Positions 1 through 9,687 of a DNA stretch of 62,036 nucleotides are shown here, in pieces; position 1 is the first letter of the stretch, and every line of letters starts with the position of its first letter. This DNA is from Candidatus Hermodarchaeota archaeon (lineage in GTDB: Archaea > Asgardarchaeota > Hermodarchaeia > Hermodarchaeales > Hermodarchaeaceae): NCBI GenBank assembly GCA_016840135.1, contig JAEOSX010000188.1, positions 1 through 62,036 of the forward strand. The letters run 5' to 3'. A model generated the notes under the pieces. The model worked only from the letters and a program-made list of their open reading frames with translations. It was not told where the DNA came from and searched no databases. The translations under genes and the position numbers were made by a program.

Positions 1-144
1 AAAAAAATTAGGTAGGATTAGCTGTTGCTTTTCCTTGTGTTTCTGGGTATGTTGTGCTGCTTTGTTTCGTGAAAAGAGTTATATGTAACCCTTTTCATCG
101 ATGGCAAGTCATCACGCGGAAAGATACTGAGTGTGTTGTCAAGT

Positions 145-453
145 ATGGTTTCGAAGGCACGAATTCGGCTTTCAAGTGTAGATATCGCGAAGCTTAACGA
201 TGTGTGTAAACAAGTGAGGGCTATCGTCAGCCGTACTGGGGTTCATATGTCTGGTCCTATTCCCTTGCCAACAAAGATTATGAAGGTACAAACTAGGAAA
301 TCACCTTGTGGGGAGGGTACTCCAACATGGGATCGATGGCAGCTACGAATTCACAAGCGCCTCATCGACTTGGAAGCGGATGAACGAACCATGCGCCAAA
401 TAATGAGAATTCGTGTTCCAGACGAAGTCTTTATAGAAATCTCAATCAAATAA
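145..453 (+). CDS. rps10: 30S ribosomal protein S10 (uS10)
   Basis: ORF 133..453. The ATG at 145 gives [11 protein letters not shown]...GPIPLPT...[13 protein letters not shown], with size and pattern typical of uS10. A GTG at 133 is an alternative start. Confidence 0.9.
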   Translation: MVSKARIRLSSVDIAKLNDVCKQVRAIVSRTGVHMSGPIPLPTKIMKVQTRKSPCGEGTPTWDRWQLRIHKRLIDLEADERTMRQIMRIRVPDEVFIEISIK

Positions 454-516
454 GTTCTCTTAGCTCTTGGGGGAATCGCTTCTTTTCACACCATCTAATC
501 GTAGTATTTATCGAGA

Positions 517-1992
517 TTAGGGTTTTTGCTTTGGTGATTGGTGCCGTCTTGAGAAGGCTGTTTCTAGGGCTTCAACAGATTGCCCTTTCAGCCTCTCACG
601 GAGGATATAATCGCCTGTGAGACAGGCAAGACATAGTTGATTTCTAGGAATTTCAATCGCTTCTGCTAATCCATCAACGCTCATATAACCGAGGGAATCT
701 GCACCGATATATTGGCAAATTTCTTCAACAGAGTGGTCTGATGCAACGAGTTCTCTTCTCGTTGGAAAATCAATACCCATGTAGCAAGGCATTATTATCG
801 GCGGGCAGCTGATACGGAGATGGATACTACCAGCACCAACGCTCCTAAGCAGCCGTACGATGTGTCTGATTGTTGTACCACGAACAATAGAGTCATCAAC
901 AAGGACAATATCCTTTCCTTCAACAACTGAGCGGACAGGATTTAGTTTTAGTTTTACAGAGAACTCCCGAAAGCCCTGGGTTGGCATTATGAAAGTTCGG
1001 CCAATATATCGGTTCTTCATAAGTCCTTCTCGTATTGGGAGCCCACTCTCAATAGAGAACCCAGTGGCTGCACCCCTCCCAGAGTCTGGAACTGGTATAA
1101 TCAAGTCCGCTTTCGCTGGGTGTATCTTGGCTAGTTTTCTTCCAAGTCGTTGGCGAACTTGGTAAACTGAGCGACCATCAATAACCGAGTCAGGGCGGCT
1201 GAAGTAGACATATTCAAACATACAATGAGCATGCCGTTCCTCCTTCTGGATTTGAACTCCTGTTATGCCGTTATGATTCACTTTAACAACTTCGCCCGGC
1301 TTCACGTCACGAATCAGTCGCCCACTCATTGTATCGAATGCAACGCTCTCTGAGGAAACACCGAAACTCTCTTCATTTAGCCTTCCAAGGCAGAGCGGTT
1401 TAAACCCAAAGGGGTCTCGAGCTGCATAAAGTTCTCCTTTCTCGTTTAATACTGCAAGTGAATATCCACCAATCAATTCTTCCATCAAAGATGTGAAGGC
1501 AGCGATATAGTCGTGCCCAGTCTTTCTCAATTTTGTAGCGAAAAGTTGTGCAATTGTTTCCGTGTCTGTACAAGTTAGGAATTTGTAGCGTTCCCGTTTG
1601 AGTTCCATTCTTAAGGTACGATAATTGGCAATGGTTCCGTTAAATGCTAGAGCTAGTCGTGTGTTTCCTGCGGAGAATAAAAAGGGTTGAGCCTCGCGGA
1701 GACGAACTGCACCAGTAGTGCTATACCTGACATGTCCAATCCCCGCCCATCCTTGTCGGCGGTCAATTTCCGTGCTTGAGAAATTGCTAACTAATCCCTT
1801 TCTTCTGCGACTCACAAGTCCGTCTTCTGATACGGTGCATATTCCACTGCTCTCTTGGCCTCGATGCTGAAGAGCTAGTAAGCCAGCATACATTAGGGGT
1901 GCAACTCGATTCGGAGGAGCCGCACGGATACCAACAACGCCACACGCTTCTTTTACTCTCATTTTATGGACCTCAACTAATAATTTCTCCAA
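517..1992 (-). CDS. purF: amidophosphoribosyltransferase (glutamine-PRPP amidotransferase)
   Basis: Ntn nucleophile Cys in ...KEACGVVGI, PRTase motif IVLVDDSIVRGTT, and C-terminal Cys residues. The ATG at 1962 (MRVKEAC...) is a plausible true start giving a short propeptide. Confidence 0.95.
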   Translation of the reverse strand: MEKLLVEVHKMRVKEACGVVGIRAAPPNRVAPLMYAGLLALQHRGQESSGICTVSEDGLVSRRRKGLVSNFSSTEIDRRQGWAGIGHVRYSTTGAVRLREAQPFLFSAGNTRLALAFNGTIANYRTLRMELKRERYKFLTCTDTETIAQLFATKLRKTGHDYIAAFTSLMEELIGGYSLAVLNEKGELYAARDPFGFKPLCLGRLNEESFGVSSESVAFDTMSGRLIRDVKPGEVVKVNHNGITGVQIQKEERHAHCMFEYVYFSRPDSVIDGRSVYQVRQRLGRKLAKIHPAKADLIIPVPDSGRGAATGFSIESGLPIREGLMKNRYIGRTFIMPTQGFREFSVKLKLNPVRSVVEGKDIVLVDDSIVRGTTIRHIVRLLRSVGAGSIHLRISCPPIIMPCYMGIDFPTRRELVASDHSVEEICQYIGADSLGYMSVDGLAEAIEIPRNQLCLACLTGDYILRERLKGQSVEALETAFSRRHQSPKQKP

Positions 1993-3052
1993 ATCGTTCT
2001 GTCCGTTGAGCTTCTCTTATCTCCCAAGCAATTCGTCTTCCAGTAGACATAGATTCTCCCCACAAATAGCATGAGTAGGGGGAACCTAATGGGAAAAGAT
2101 TGGTCCCAGCAACTATCCGAGCTGAGATTTCAAAAACAATGAACTCCAAATCTGGAGTGCAAATCATCTCTAAGCAGAAGGGACCAGTCAAACCAGGCGA
2201 GAAGAGATTTTGAGAACTCTCTATAGTTCTTTCTCCAAGAGACAACACTTCGGGTAACAAACTTTCGCGAAGCACCATGGGTGTATTGCCTACTACAACA
2301 TAGGATGGATTAACACCCAACTTGGCTAGTTCTTGTCTTGTAGACCCCACTCTATGTAATTCATCAATGTTGGACTCGAACCGTTGATCCATACTCAATA
2401 GCTCTAATCGATTCAATATTGGTGAATAGAAATAATGTACATAGCATCGAACCCCAATTACGTACTCTTGGATAACAGCTGTTTCTGCATCTAACCCGCT
2501 GATTTTCCCCTCCTTCAATGATTTCTCCAGAAGTTGGTGATACTCCTCCTCAGAGGCAACTAGAAGGAATCCCCGCCCTCCTTTAGCTCCATGAAATTTG
2601 ACGATGCAGAGTCTGTCAATCTCGTGGGGTTCAAATTTCTTGGGTAAGCGTAGCTTTGCATCAGAAAGCCACTTCAACTCCTGATGCCGATCGCCCTCCC
2701 ATTTCAAACTCATTTTGTTACCAAAAGTGGGTACACGGAGGTCCTTTAAGATTCTTGAAGGGCCTACATACTCGACAAAGGATCCGTGAGGAACTATTAC
2801 CGCACCTGCATCAATTAATCGGTCTTGGATTTCTGGTTGTAGGATTTCTGTGAAGCCATCTACTAGTATGAATTCATCTGGGGAGCCATAGGGGAATGCC
2901 TCATAGAGTTTTTTCCGTTCAGGGCTACAAATGCCGATAGTTTTGAATCCCTCTTGTCGTGCTCCATAGAAAATTTGGAGAGCGGTATGACTGCAAATAG
3001 TGGCGATTTTCAAATCCTTACCTGCGTAGCTCTGCAAAATGTCTTTGTTCAA
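1973..3052 (-). CDS. purP: FAICAR synthetase (formate-dependent AICAR formyltransferase, ATP-grasp), paralog 1
   Basis: N-terminus KIATICSHTALQIFYGARQEGFKTIGIC and overall ATP-grasp layout typical of archaeal PurP. The TTG start overlaps the upstream stop (TTGA). Confidence 0.8.
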   Translation of the reverse strand: MNKDILQSYAGKDLKIATICSHTALQIFYGARQEGFKTIGICSPERKKLYEAFPYGSPDEFILVDGFTEILQPEIQDRLIDAGAVIVPHGSFVEYVGPSRILKDLRVPTFGNKMSLKWEGDRHQELKWLSDAKLRLPKKFEPHEIDRLCIVKFHGAKGGRGFLLVASEEEYHQLLEKSLKEGKISGLDAETAVIQEYVIGVRCYVHYFYSPILNRLELLSMDQRFESNIDELHRVGSTRQELAKLGVNPSYVVVGNTPMVLRESLLPEVLSLGERTIESSQNLFSPGLTGPFCLEMICTPDLEFIVFEISARIVAGTNLFPLGSPYSCYLWGESMSTGRRIAWEIREAQRTERFGEIIS

Positions 3053-4176
3053 GTTACTACCTCGGCAAGTTTAGATTGTGCTAATGCTTGCTTAATCTCC
3101 ATCATACAAAGCTCGAGTGGTGAGTGTATCTCCTGATTGTACTTGAGAGATAAGCGATGCATTTCTGGTGAAGAAGGTCCCACACAAGGGGACCCAGGTA
3201 TTCGTGGGCTTACATCAAAGACTACAAAGTCTGGTGGCTGAGGGATAGCCCCCTGCAAGGAGAAGGGGCCAATAATCCCGGGAGGGAAGTGTTTCTGCGA
3301 TGCTTCTATGAACCGCCTCCCAGCTTCATAGATTAATGGCTTCTTAGACTCCCTCATCGTCAAACCAAAATGCCCGATGGGCTCAATTATAACAGGTACA
3401 TCAATTTTCAGTTGCTCCCGAGCGGGAAGGGCTAGAATACCACTTATGTTTGATTGAACTCTGTCTTCAAAGCCGACAAAATCGAAACCAGGTAAGATTG
3501 TGTATGCTATGAAATTAGCGTGAAACCTAGGACCAATGATGAATTCCTCAATTCGAGCAGTTGCAAGATCCTCATTACGAATAAAACCACTATCAACAAG
3601 TTCCTGTGCTTGAGTATGATATTCCTCAGGGGAACTGGGGTAGAAGAAAGCACGCTCAACACTTTCCTCTTTACGCTGTAGCTTTACAACAACAAGGCGG
3701 TCAATTTCATCTGGGCTTGTGAACTCTTGAGGGGTTCTAATACCCGCCTTTTCCATTAACCAGTACTGGTTCTTTTGTACAGTTCTTTCTTCAATCCGCA
3801 ACATGAAGCGATTGCCATACATAGGGACTAGGAACTTATCTTCGATGTTATCATAGCCAACATAAACCGAGAAGGACCGATTAGGGAGAAAGACAGTGTT
3901 TAGCTCGCGGAGTTGCTCTTGGACCTCTAGGATATCTTTGAATTGATCCAAGACAATCACGTGATCGAACAGGTGCCTGCTATAATTAGCATAGAGGGTT
4001 TCACGACCTTTTTGGCAAATCACAACTGTCTTTAATCCGGCGGATTTGGCGGCCATCCCTACCTCTTCTGCTGAATGAGAACCGAGTACACCAATTGTTA
4101 CTTTCTGGTAATTACTTGCAATTGATTTTATTTCATCTCGATTTACTGGCACGATATCACCGCCGTAGTTTATCAA
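3049..4176 (-). CDS. purP: PurP-family ATP-grasp protein, paralog 2
   Basis: IGVLGSHSAEEVGMAAKSAGLKTVVICQKGRETLY is collinear with the adjacent PurP but clearly diverged. Which copy carries PurP activity cannot be decided from the sequence. Confidence 0.7.
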   Translation of the reverse strand: MINYGGDIVPVNRDEIKSIASNYQKVTIGVLGSHSAEEVGMAAKSAGLKTVVICQKGRETLYANYSRHLFDHVIVLDQFKDILEVQEQLRELNTVFLPNRSFSVYVGYDNIEDKFLVPMYGNRFMLRIEERTVQKNQYWLMEKAGIRTPQEFTSPDEIDRLVVVKLQRKEESVERAFFYPSSPEEYHTQAQELVDSGFIRNEDLATARIEEFIIGPRFHANFIAYTILPGFDFVGFEDRVQSNISGILALPAREQLKIDVPVIIEPIGHFGLTMRESKKPLIYEAGRRFIEASQKHFPPGIIGPFSLQGAIPQPPDFVVFDVSPRIPGSPCVGPSSPEMHRLSLKYNQEIHSPLELCMMEIKQALAQSKLAEVVT

Positions 4177-5059
4177 GGGCTTTAGGGGTTTTGATTATGG
4201 TCTTAATAACTTCTCTCAGGGCTGAGGTGATTATCTCATAACGATGCTCAAGCTCCTCAGCAACTTGCTTTACAACTTCCTCTCTCCCTTCTTTTAGTGC
4301 GTCTCTGAGTTGTCTTCGAAGAAATTCTTTATCATAGAAATCTGGTGCGTCTTGAATATTCAACAAGGTTCTAGCCAATGAACTAGGAGTACAGGCACGG
4401 AATTCATCTGGGCCAAACGAGTCAATAACATATAGATTTCCATCTTCGTCTATTCCGTACTCTAGTTTCCCATCTATGAAAACAAAGCCTGCTGCAGCGA
4501 ATACTAGTTTCAACAAGAAACCGATTTTCTCTGTTGTTTCTTTGGCTCTTAGCATCGCTTTTTCTATCACCGTTTCTTGATAACCAGACAGGTGTTCCCT
4601 TGCGATACTGGGAATCTCTCCTCCATCAACTACCCGGTCATGCTTTTCTAGTTTGGTCGTTATCTCAAAGAAGGGCTTGGGAAACTCTTCGTATTCTGTT
4701 CCAATCATTCCCTCTGGAAGAGTAAATTCTCCTCGAGTGTATCGCTTGAATGCGCTACCCATTAAGACATTCCTCACTATGAATTCGAAGGGAAGGCGAA
4801 CTAGCTTTCTAACAATCATCTGATTAGAGCCCCACTGAAGCAGATGCGTTGAAATGTTTAATTTCTCAAATAGTGTGAATATCATTGCAGAGCATTCACA
4901 GAGTAGCTCCCCTCGCTTTGGAGTTGTTGTACCCACTACTCCATCAAAGGCTGATATGCGGCTTGTAAAGACAAAACCTAAGCGCTTATCACCTATGGTG
5001 TAAATGTCCTTATTCTTCCCCTTGCTAACAAGAGTCGCTGATCGTCCCAAAATCTTCAA
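4157..5059 (-). CDS. purC: SAICAR synthetase
   Basis: KGKNKDIYTIGDKRLGFVFTSRISAFD... is PurC-like. It has a helical C-terminal extension. The TTG start overlaps the purQ stop (TTGA). Confidence 0.85.
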   Translation of the reverse strand: MKILGRSATLVSKGKNKDIYTIGDKRLGFVFTSRISAFDGVVGTTTPKRGELLCECSAMIFTLFEKLNISTHLLQWGSNQMIVRKLVRLPFEFIVRNVLMGSAFKRYTRGEFTLPEGMIGTEYEEFPKPFFEITTKLEKHDRVVDGGEIPSIAREHLSGYQETVIEKAMLRAKETTEKIGFLLKLVFAAAGFVFIDGKLEYGIDEDGNLYVIDSFGPDEFRACTPSSLARTLLNIQDAPDFYDKEFLRRQLRDALKEGREEVVKQVAEELEHRYEIITSALREVIKTIIKTPKALDKLRR

Positions 5060-5847
5060 AGAAAACGCCTCCTGGCAAAATCAACTGCGTTTCTGAAGAG
5101 GGGAAGCCATCCAATGAATTCTGAAGAAGCAGATAATCGGGTCCAGAATGGATGTTGATATCGGTGGATGAATTTCTCAGGGTGTGGCATCAAACCTAGA
5201 ATGGTACCATGTTCATCACAAATTCCAGCAATATTAGAGACAGACCCATTCGGATTCCATGGGTATCCTGCAAGTTCACCTTCAGGATTGACGTATCGAA
5301 AAACAATCTGGTCGTTTTCCTCTAGACGATGGATGTTTGATTCCTCCATTACGAATTTCCCTTCACCGTGATTGACTGGTACGTACAACTGGCTGGCTAG
5401 TGATTTAGTAAAAACACATGTTCCGCGATTCTCTTGTCTGAGATGAACCCATCGGTCTATGAAAAGAGCCCTATCATTGGTGGCAAGTGTGGCTTGTTGC
5501 TCTCGTCGGCTATCCAGGGCAGGTAAGAACCCTGCTTTAACTAATGCTTGAAAGCCATTGCATATCCCCAATATCGGCTTAGACTGATCGATGAACTTTT
5601 CGACATCCTTGTGAAGGCGATATTTTAGATCGTTTGCAAGTAATTTCCCAGCAGCAACATCGTCTCCATAAGAAAACCCCCCTGGAATGGCTAGAATATG
5701 ATATTCTTCAAGGGAGTGCTTCCCCCGAATTAGCTCATTGATGTGAATTCGCTCGGTTTGTGCACCCGCCCGGCGGAATGCTTCTACTAGCTCAACATCG
5801 CAATTGGTTCCATCAACACGAAGAACAATGGTTTTCACTGTCAACAC
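5056..5847 (-). CDS. purQ: FGAM synthase, glutamine amidotransferase subunit
   Basis: Class I GATase with catalytic GICNGFQAL and a downstream VNHGEGKF / MPHPE pattern. Confidence 0.9.
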   Translation of the reverse strand: MLTVKTIVLRVDGTNCDVELVEAFRRAGAQTERIHINELIRGKHSLEEYHILAIPGGFSYGDDVAAGKLLANDLKYRLHKDVEKFIDQSKPILGICNGFQALVKAGFLPALDSRREQQATLATNDRALFIDRWVHLRQENRGTCVFTKSLASQLYVPVNHGEGKFVMEESNIHRLEENDQIVFRYVNPEGELAGYPWNPNGSVSNIAGICDEHGTILGLMPHPEKFIHRYQHPFWTRLSASSEFIGWLPLFRNAVDFARRRFL

Positions 5848-5851
5848 GAAT

Positions 5852-8782
5852 TCACCACCTAAAGGTCGATTGCCAGTCCTCTTTCAATTCGTTAAGCGAT
5901 TCCTCTACAATAACTTCCCCGTCAACACCCTTTATAATCAACTTTCGTGCCTTTGTGACGTTCCCGATTTTCACACAAACGGTACCAGCCATCAATTGCT
6001 CAAATTCAATTGCACTACTCTTCGCAACCTCGACAATAAATCGACTGTTGGATTCTGAAAAGAGAATCTTATCGTTTTGGGTCATTTTTGCAGGAACTAA
6101 CCCCAATTCTAGGTGTACTCCTAAATCCCCCGCAAATGCCATCTCCGCTGCTGTAATACCTATTCCACCTTCAGAACAATCGTGGCATGTTCTAACTAGT
6201 CCAGCATCCATTGCTTGAATCAACGCGTCCATATTCGCCTTAGCAATCTTGACTCTCACAGTAGGAACAGCGTTTCCAATGAAGCCCCGAACCGAATAAT
6301 AGTGCGATCCCCCGAGCTCATCAAATGTTTCACCAATTATGTAGAGGGGATTACCGACTTCCTTGACATCCATGGTAACAGCGTTCCGTACATCAGGAAT
6401 AATACCTACAGCGGTGATTACCAGAGTGGGGGGAATGGCAATGGCTTGTCCGTCCTCCTGAATATATTCATTGTAGAGGCTGTCTTTTCCTGAGATGAAT
6501 GGGGTACCAAATCCCAATGCTGCATCATAGCACCCTCGTACTGCATCAAGTAGTTTTCCTAGCTGTTCAGGTCGTTCAGGGTTTCCCCAACTGAAGTTAT
6601 CTAAAATTGCGATTCGCCGACCACCGCAGCAAATGTTGTTCCTGATTGCTTCGTCTATAACAGACAATGCCATATTGTATGGGTCAATGGCGTATCTTGG
6701 ATTAGCACCATTTGATACAACAATCCCGCGCCAATTATCAACAATTGGCTTTAAAACACAGGCATCACCAGGCCCGTCACAATGGACTCCTTGAAGCGGG
6801 TTGATTATCGTATTCGCTTGTACTTCATGGTCATATTGGCGTATAACCCACTCTTTGCTAGCGACATTGGGTGAGCTGAGAATCAGTTTGATGTATTTGC
6901 CAAGGTCTCCTTTTTGGGAATCAGGTTCAGGGAATTTTTCTCTCTCCCATTGAGCACGACGGGGGAGCAAAGGCACTCCTTGATGCAGGAACTCTAAGTT
7001 TATTTTCCCTACGACTTCGCCTTGATAACGGAGAACAAGCTTCCCAGTGTTGGTAAATCGTCCGATTGGAGTTGCTTCACAATTCTCCTCCTCAAATATC
7101 GTGATTGTTTCTTCTACATTCTCTTTGGGAACAGCTAACATCATCCGTTCTTGAGATTCCGATATCCAAATTTGCCAAGGCTTCATTCCTCGATGTTTTA
7201 AGGGAATTTTCTCTAAATCTACTATCGCGCCTAAATCGCGCGCAGTCTCACCTATCGCGGATGAGAGCCCCCCACCTCCACAATCCGTCACAGCACTATA
7301 AAGTGGTTTTTCATCCCTGTCTCTTACTCGAAGCAGTCCCTCTAACACTTTTTTCTCTTCGACTGGATTCCCGATTTGGACAGCACTGCCAAGACTTTGT
7401 GTTTCCTCACTCAACTCTGCTGAAGCAAAAGTCACACCGTGAATTCCATCCATTCCCGTTTTACCACCTACAACAAGGATAACATCGCCAGCCTGTGGAT
7501 TTCTAACATATTTCGTTCGCGGCATAATACCAACTGAACCCGCGAAAACCAAGGGGTTATACAGATAACCTTCATCGAAGAATATGGCGCCATTCGCTGT
7601 TGGAATTCCCATTTTATTTCCATAGTCAGCTATTCCTGCTACTGCCCCTTTCATCATACGGGTTGGATGTAAAAGACCTCTCGGCAGTTTCTCGTGGGGA
7701 GTGTCAAGAAGTCCAAAAAAGAGGATGTCAGTTGAGAGAATGGGTTTTGCACCAACTCCCATAATATCGCGAAGAACGCCACCAGTGCCTGTTCCTGCTC
7801 CGCCAAAGGGATCGAGTGCAGTGGGGTGATTGTGAGTTTCTACCTTCACTGCAATTCCATATTTGTCATCGAATTCCACGATACCCGCATTGTCGACAAA
7901 TGTGGAGATGCACCAGGACTTGTTGAGCTCCTTGGTTGCGCGCATTATGTATGTCTTGAGCAGACCGTTTATCCTCTCAGCATCGACCTTGACTGGGATT
8001 TTGAAGGTTTTGTGGTAGCAGTGCTCAGACCAAGTTTGAGCAATCGTGTTAAGTTCAATATCTGTCGGATTTCTCCCCTCTGAGGCATAATGTTTCTGGA
8101 TTGTCTTCATTTCCGCGAGGTTTAGGGAAAGCCTCCATCCTTTACTAATCCTCATCAAGTCAGTGTCTTCAGCATCACGGAGGTGTATTTCTTCAACCAG
8201 AGGATGGGGTGAATTCTCTGATTTATCAGGGATTTCTCTAATAGGTGCACCGTAAATCCTGAGCTCTTTTTCGGCACAACGACCAAGCTCGCAAGTTGAA
8301 TGAACTTGTATCACGTCATTTGCGAGAACCTTTTCGCAGATTGTTTCCAATATTTGTTTCGTCAGATGTCCCCCAAAGATGTAGAGTGATGCAGTTTTGA
8401 CCGAATACACCTTTCTAATCCCGAGTACACGAATTCCATCTTTGATTCGTTCTTCTGAGGGATCGGTTACACCTGGGCGGTATTGGATAAACGCTAGCCA
8501 TTTTCCCTTCTCGTGTTTCTCGGAGACAAGATCGAGTAACGTTCCTTTTGGTGATGTGTAGCGATAATTTTGGATTAGTTGGTCTACGAGAAGTTCTTTA
8601 CAGATTTTCTCGATTTCTGTCTCATTGTGTGCTCCTGTTATCGCATACACTTCAATCCTTTCGATTTGGTTTACGCCCTTTATGCCCAAATCCTTGATTA
8701 CCTTGGAGACTTCTTGGACATGGGGGTCATTTGTCACATCTTTGTACCTGATACCGACTATCCACATCGCCGATGGAGGCAT
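5852..8782 (-). CDS. purL: FGAM synthase subunit PurL with two N-terminal PurS-like modules (PurS-PurS-PurL fusion)
   Basis: PurL core motifs are present (TWSEHCYHKTF, VETHNHPTALDPFGGAGTG, tandem PurM-like halves). Residues ~7-77 and ~95-165 end in PurS-like ICKELLVDQLIQNYRY and ICEKVLANDVIQV. At 976 aa it is much longer than a stand-alone small PurL. Confidence 0.9.
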   Translation of the reverse strand: MPPSAMWIVGIRYKDVTNDPHVQEVSKVIKDLGIKGVNQIERIEVYAITGAHNETEIEKICKELLVDQLIQNYRYTSPKGTLLDLVSEKHEKGKWLAFIQYRPGVTDPSEERIKDGIRVLGIRKVYSVKTASLYIFGGHLTKQILETICEKVLANDVIQVHSTCELGRCAEKELRIYGAPIREIPDKSENSPHPLVEEIHLRDAEDTDLMRISKGWRLSLNLAEMKTIQKHYASEGRNPTDIELNTIAQTWSEHCYHKTFKIPVKVDAERINGLLKTYIMRATKELNKSWCISTFVDNAGIVEFDDKYGIAVKVETHNHPTALDPFGGAGTGTGGVLRDIMGVGAKPILSTDILFFGLLDTPHEKLPRGLLHPTRMMKGAVAGIADYGNKMGIPTANGAIFFDEGYLYNPLVFAGSVGIMPRTKYVRNPQAGDVILVVGGKTGMDGIHGVTFASAELSEETQSLGSAVQIGNPVEEKKVLEGLLRVRDRDEKPLYSAVTDCGGGGLSSAIGETARDLGAIVDLEKIPLKHRGMKPWQIWISESQERMMLAVPKENVEETITIFEEENCEATPIGRFTNTGKLVLRYQGEVVGKINLEFLHQGVPLLPRRAQWEREKFPEPDSQKGDLGKYIKLILSSPNVASKEWVIRQYDHEVQANTIINPLQGVHCDGPGDACVLKPIVDNWRGIVVSNGANPRYAIDPYNMALSVIDEAIRNNICCGGRRIAILDNFSWGNPERPEQLGKLLDAVRGCYDAALGFGTPFISGKDSLYNEYIQEDGQAIAIPPTLVITAVGIIPDVRNAVTMDVKEVGNPLYIIGETFDELGGSHYYSVRGFIGNAVPTVRVKIAKANMDALIQAMDAGLVRTCHDCSEGGIGITAAEMAFAGDLGVHLELGLVPAKMTQNDKILFSESNSRFIVEVAKSSAIEFEQLMAGTVCVKIGNVTKARKLIIKGVDGEVIVEESLNELKEDWQSTFRW

Positions 8783-8943
8783 GAGTTTTATTCGGTATTA
8801 TTAATAAAAAATCTATCTGAACCACAAGTCAAATATTGACACATATATGTAAAAAATATTTATATATTCACAAATTTATACACGTATATGCCATATTTAC
8901 GTTAAATCTGATAAAGAAATGAAGAAAAGTCTGCGACATAGGG
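8783..8943. promoter_or_regulatory. AT-rich divergent control region between the two pur operons
   Basis: 161 nt between the purL start (minus) and the purN start (plus). It holds several TATA-like runs (ttattaataaaaaa, aaaaaatatttatatatt, aatttatacac) and a perfect palindrome ACATATATGT at 8841..8850. Confidence 0.5.
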
Positions 8944-9687
8944 TTGTTTACCGTGAAAATTGGTGTTTTAGCTTCAGGGCGCGGGTCAAATTTCCAATCA
9001 ATGGTAGATCATATTAGATTAGAGGTGTTGCGTGACATCGAGCTGAAAGTACTAATAAGCAACAAGTCGAATGCCCCTGCATTGGAAATAGCACGGAAAA
9101 ACGATATCGATGCACTGTACATTCCGTATATCCGAAAGAGAGGGGATTCAAAAGAAGAATGTCGCCTTCACCATGACCAACGAATTGTCGATGCTCTACA
9201 GAAACTAGGAGTTGAACTAGTTGTCCTAGCTGGCTATATGCGCTTATTGAGTCCACTTTTCATTGATCAATATCCAAATCGGATAATGAATATACACCCA
9301 TCACTTCTTCCTAGGCATCCTGGTTTACATGTTCACCAGCAGGTTATCAAAGCTGGTGATGATGTTTCTGGTTGTACCGTACATTTCGTCAACAAAGAGG
9401 TTGATGCTGGACCGATAATTCTGCAAACTAAAGTTTCTGTCCGAATGGATGATACTGAAGAGTCATTAGCTGATAGAGTTCTTGTCTATGAGCACAGAAC
9501 ATTTCCCAAGGCTATCCAGCTTCATGCAGATAGACGATTGAAGATTGTAGGAAAAATAGTGTTTGTTGACTATTCAGGTGATTGGGAGGAGTTATGGAAC
9601 AGGCGTCAGGCTGCATACGTTCACCACCAAGAATCAAGTTGGGCAGACGCTGGAAAACCCTTAGCAGAGGTACTTCGAATTGACTAG
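8944..9687 (+). CDS. purN: phosphoribosylglycinamide formyltransferase (folate-dependent)
   Basis: KIGVLASGRGSNFQSMVD, NIHPSLLP and the SGCTVHFV..EVDAGPII motifs. The GTG at 8953 (MKIGVLASG) is a likely alternative start. There is a ~45-aa C-terminal extension. Confidence 0.85.
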   Translation: MFTVKIGVLASGRGSNFQSMVDHIRLEVLRDIELKVLISNKSNAPALEIARKNDIDALYIPYIRKRGDSKEECRLHHDQRIVDALQKLGVELVVLAGYMRLLSPLFIDQYPNRIMNIHPSLLPRHPGLHVHQQVIKAGDDVSGCTVHFVNKEVDAGPIILQTKVSVRMDDTEESLADRVLVYEHRTFPKAIQLHADRRLKIVGKIVFVDYSGDWEELWNRRQAAYVHHQESSWADAGKPLAEVLRID

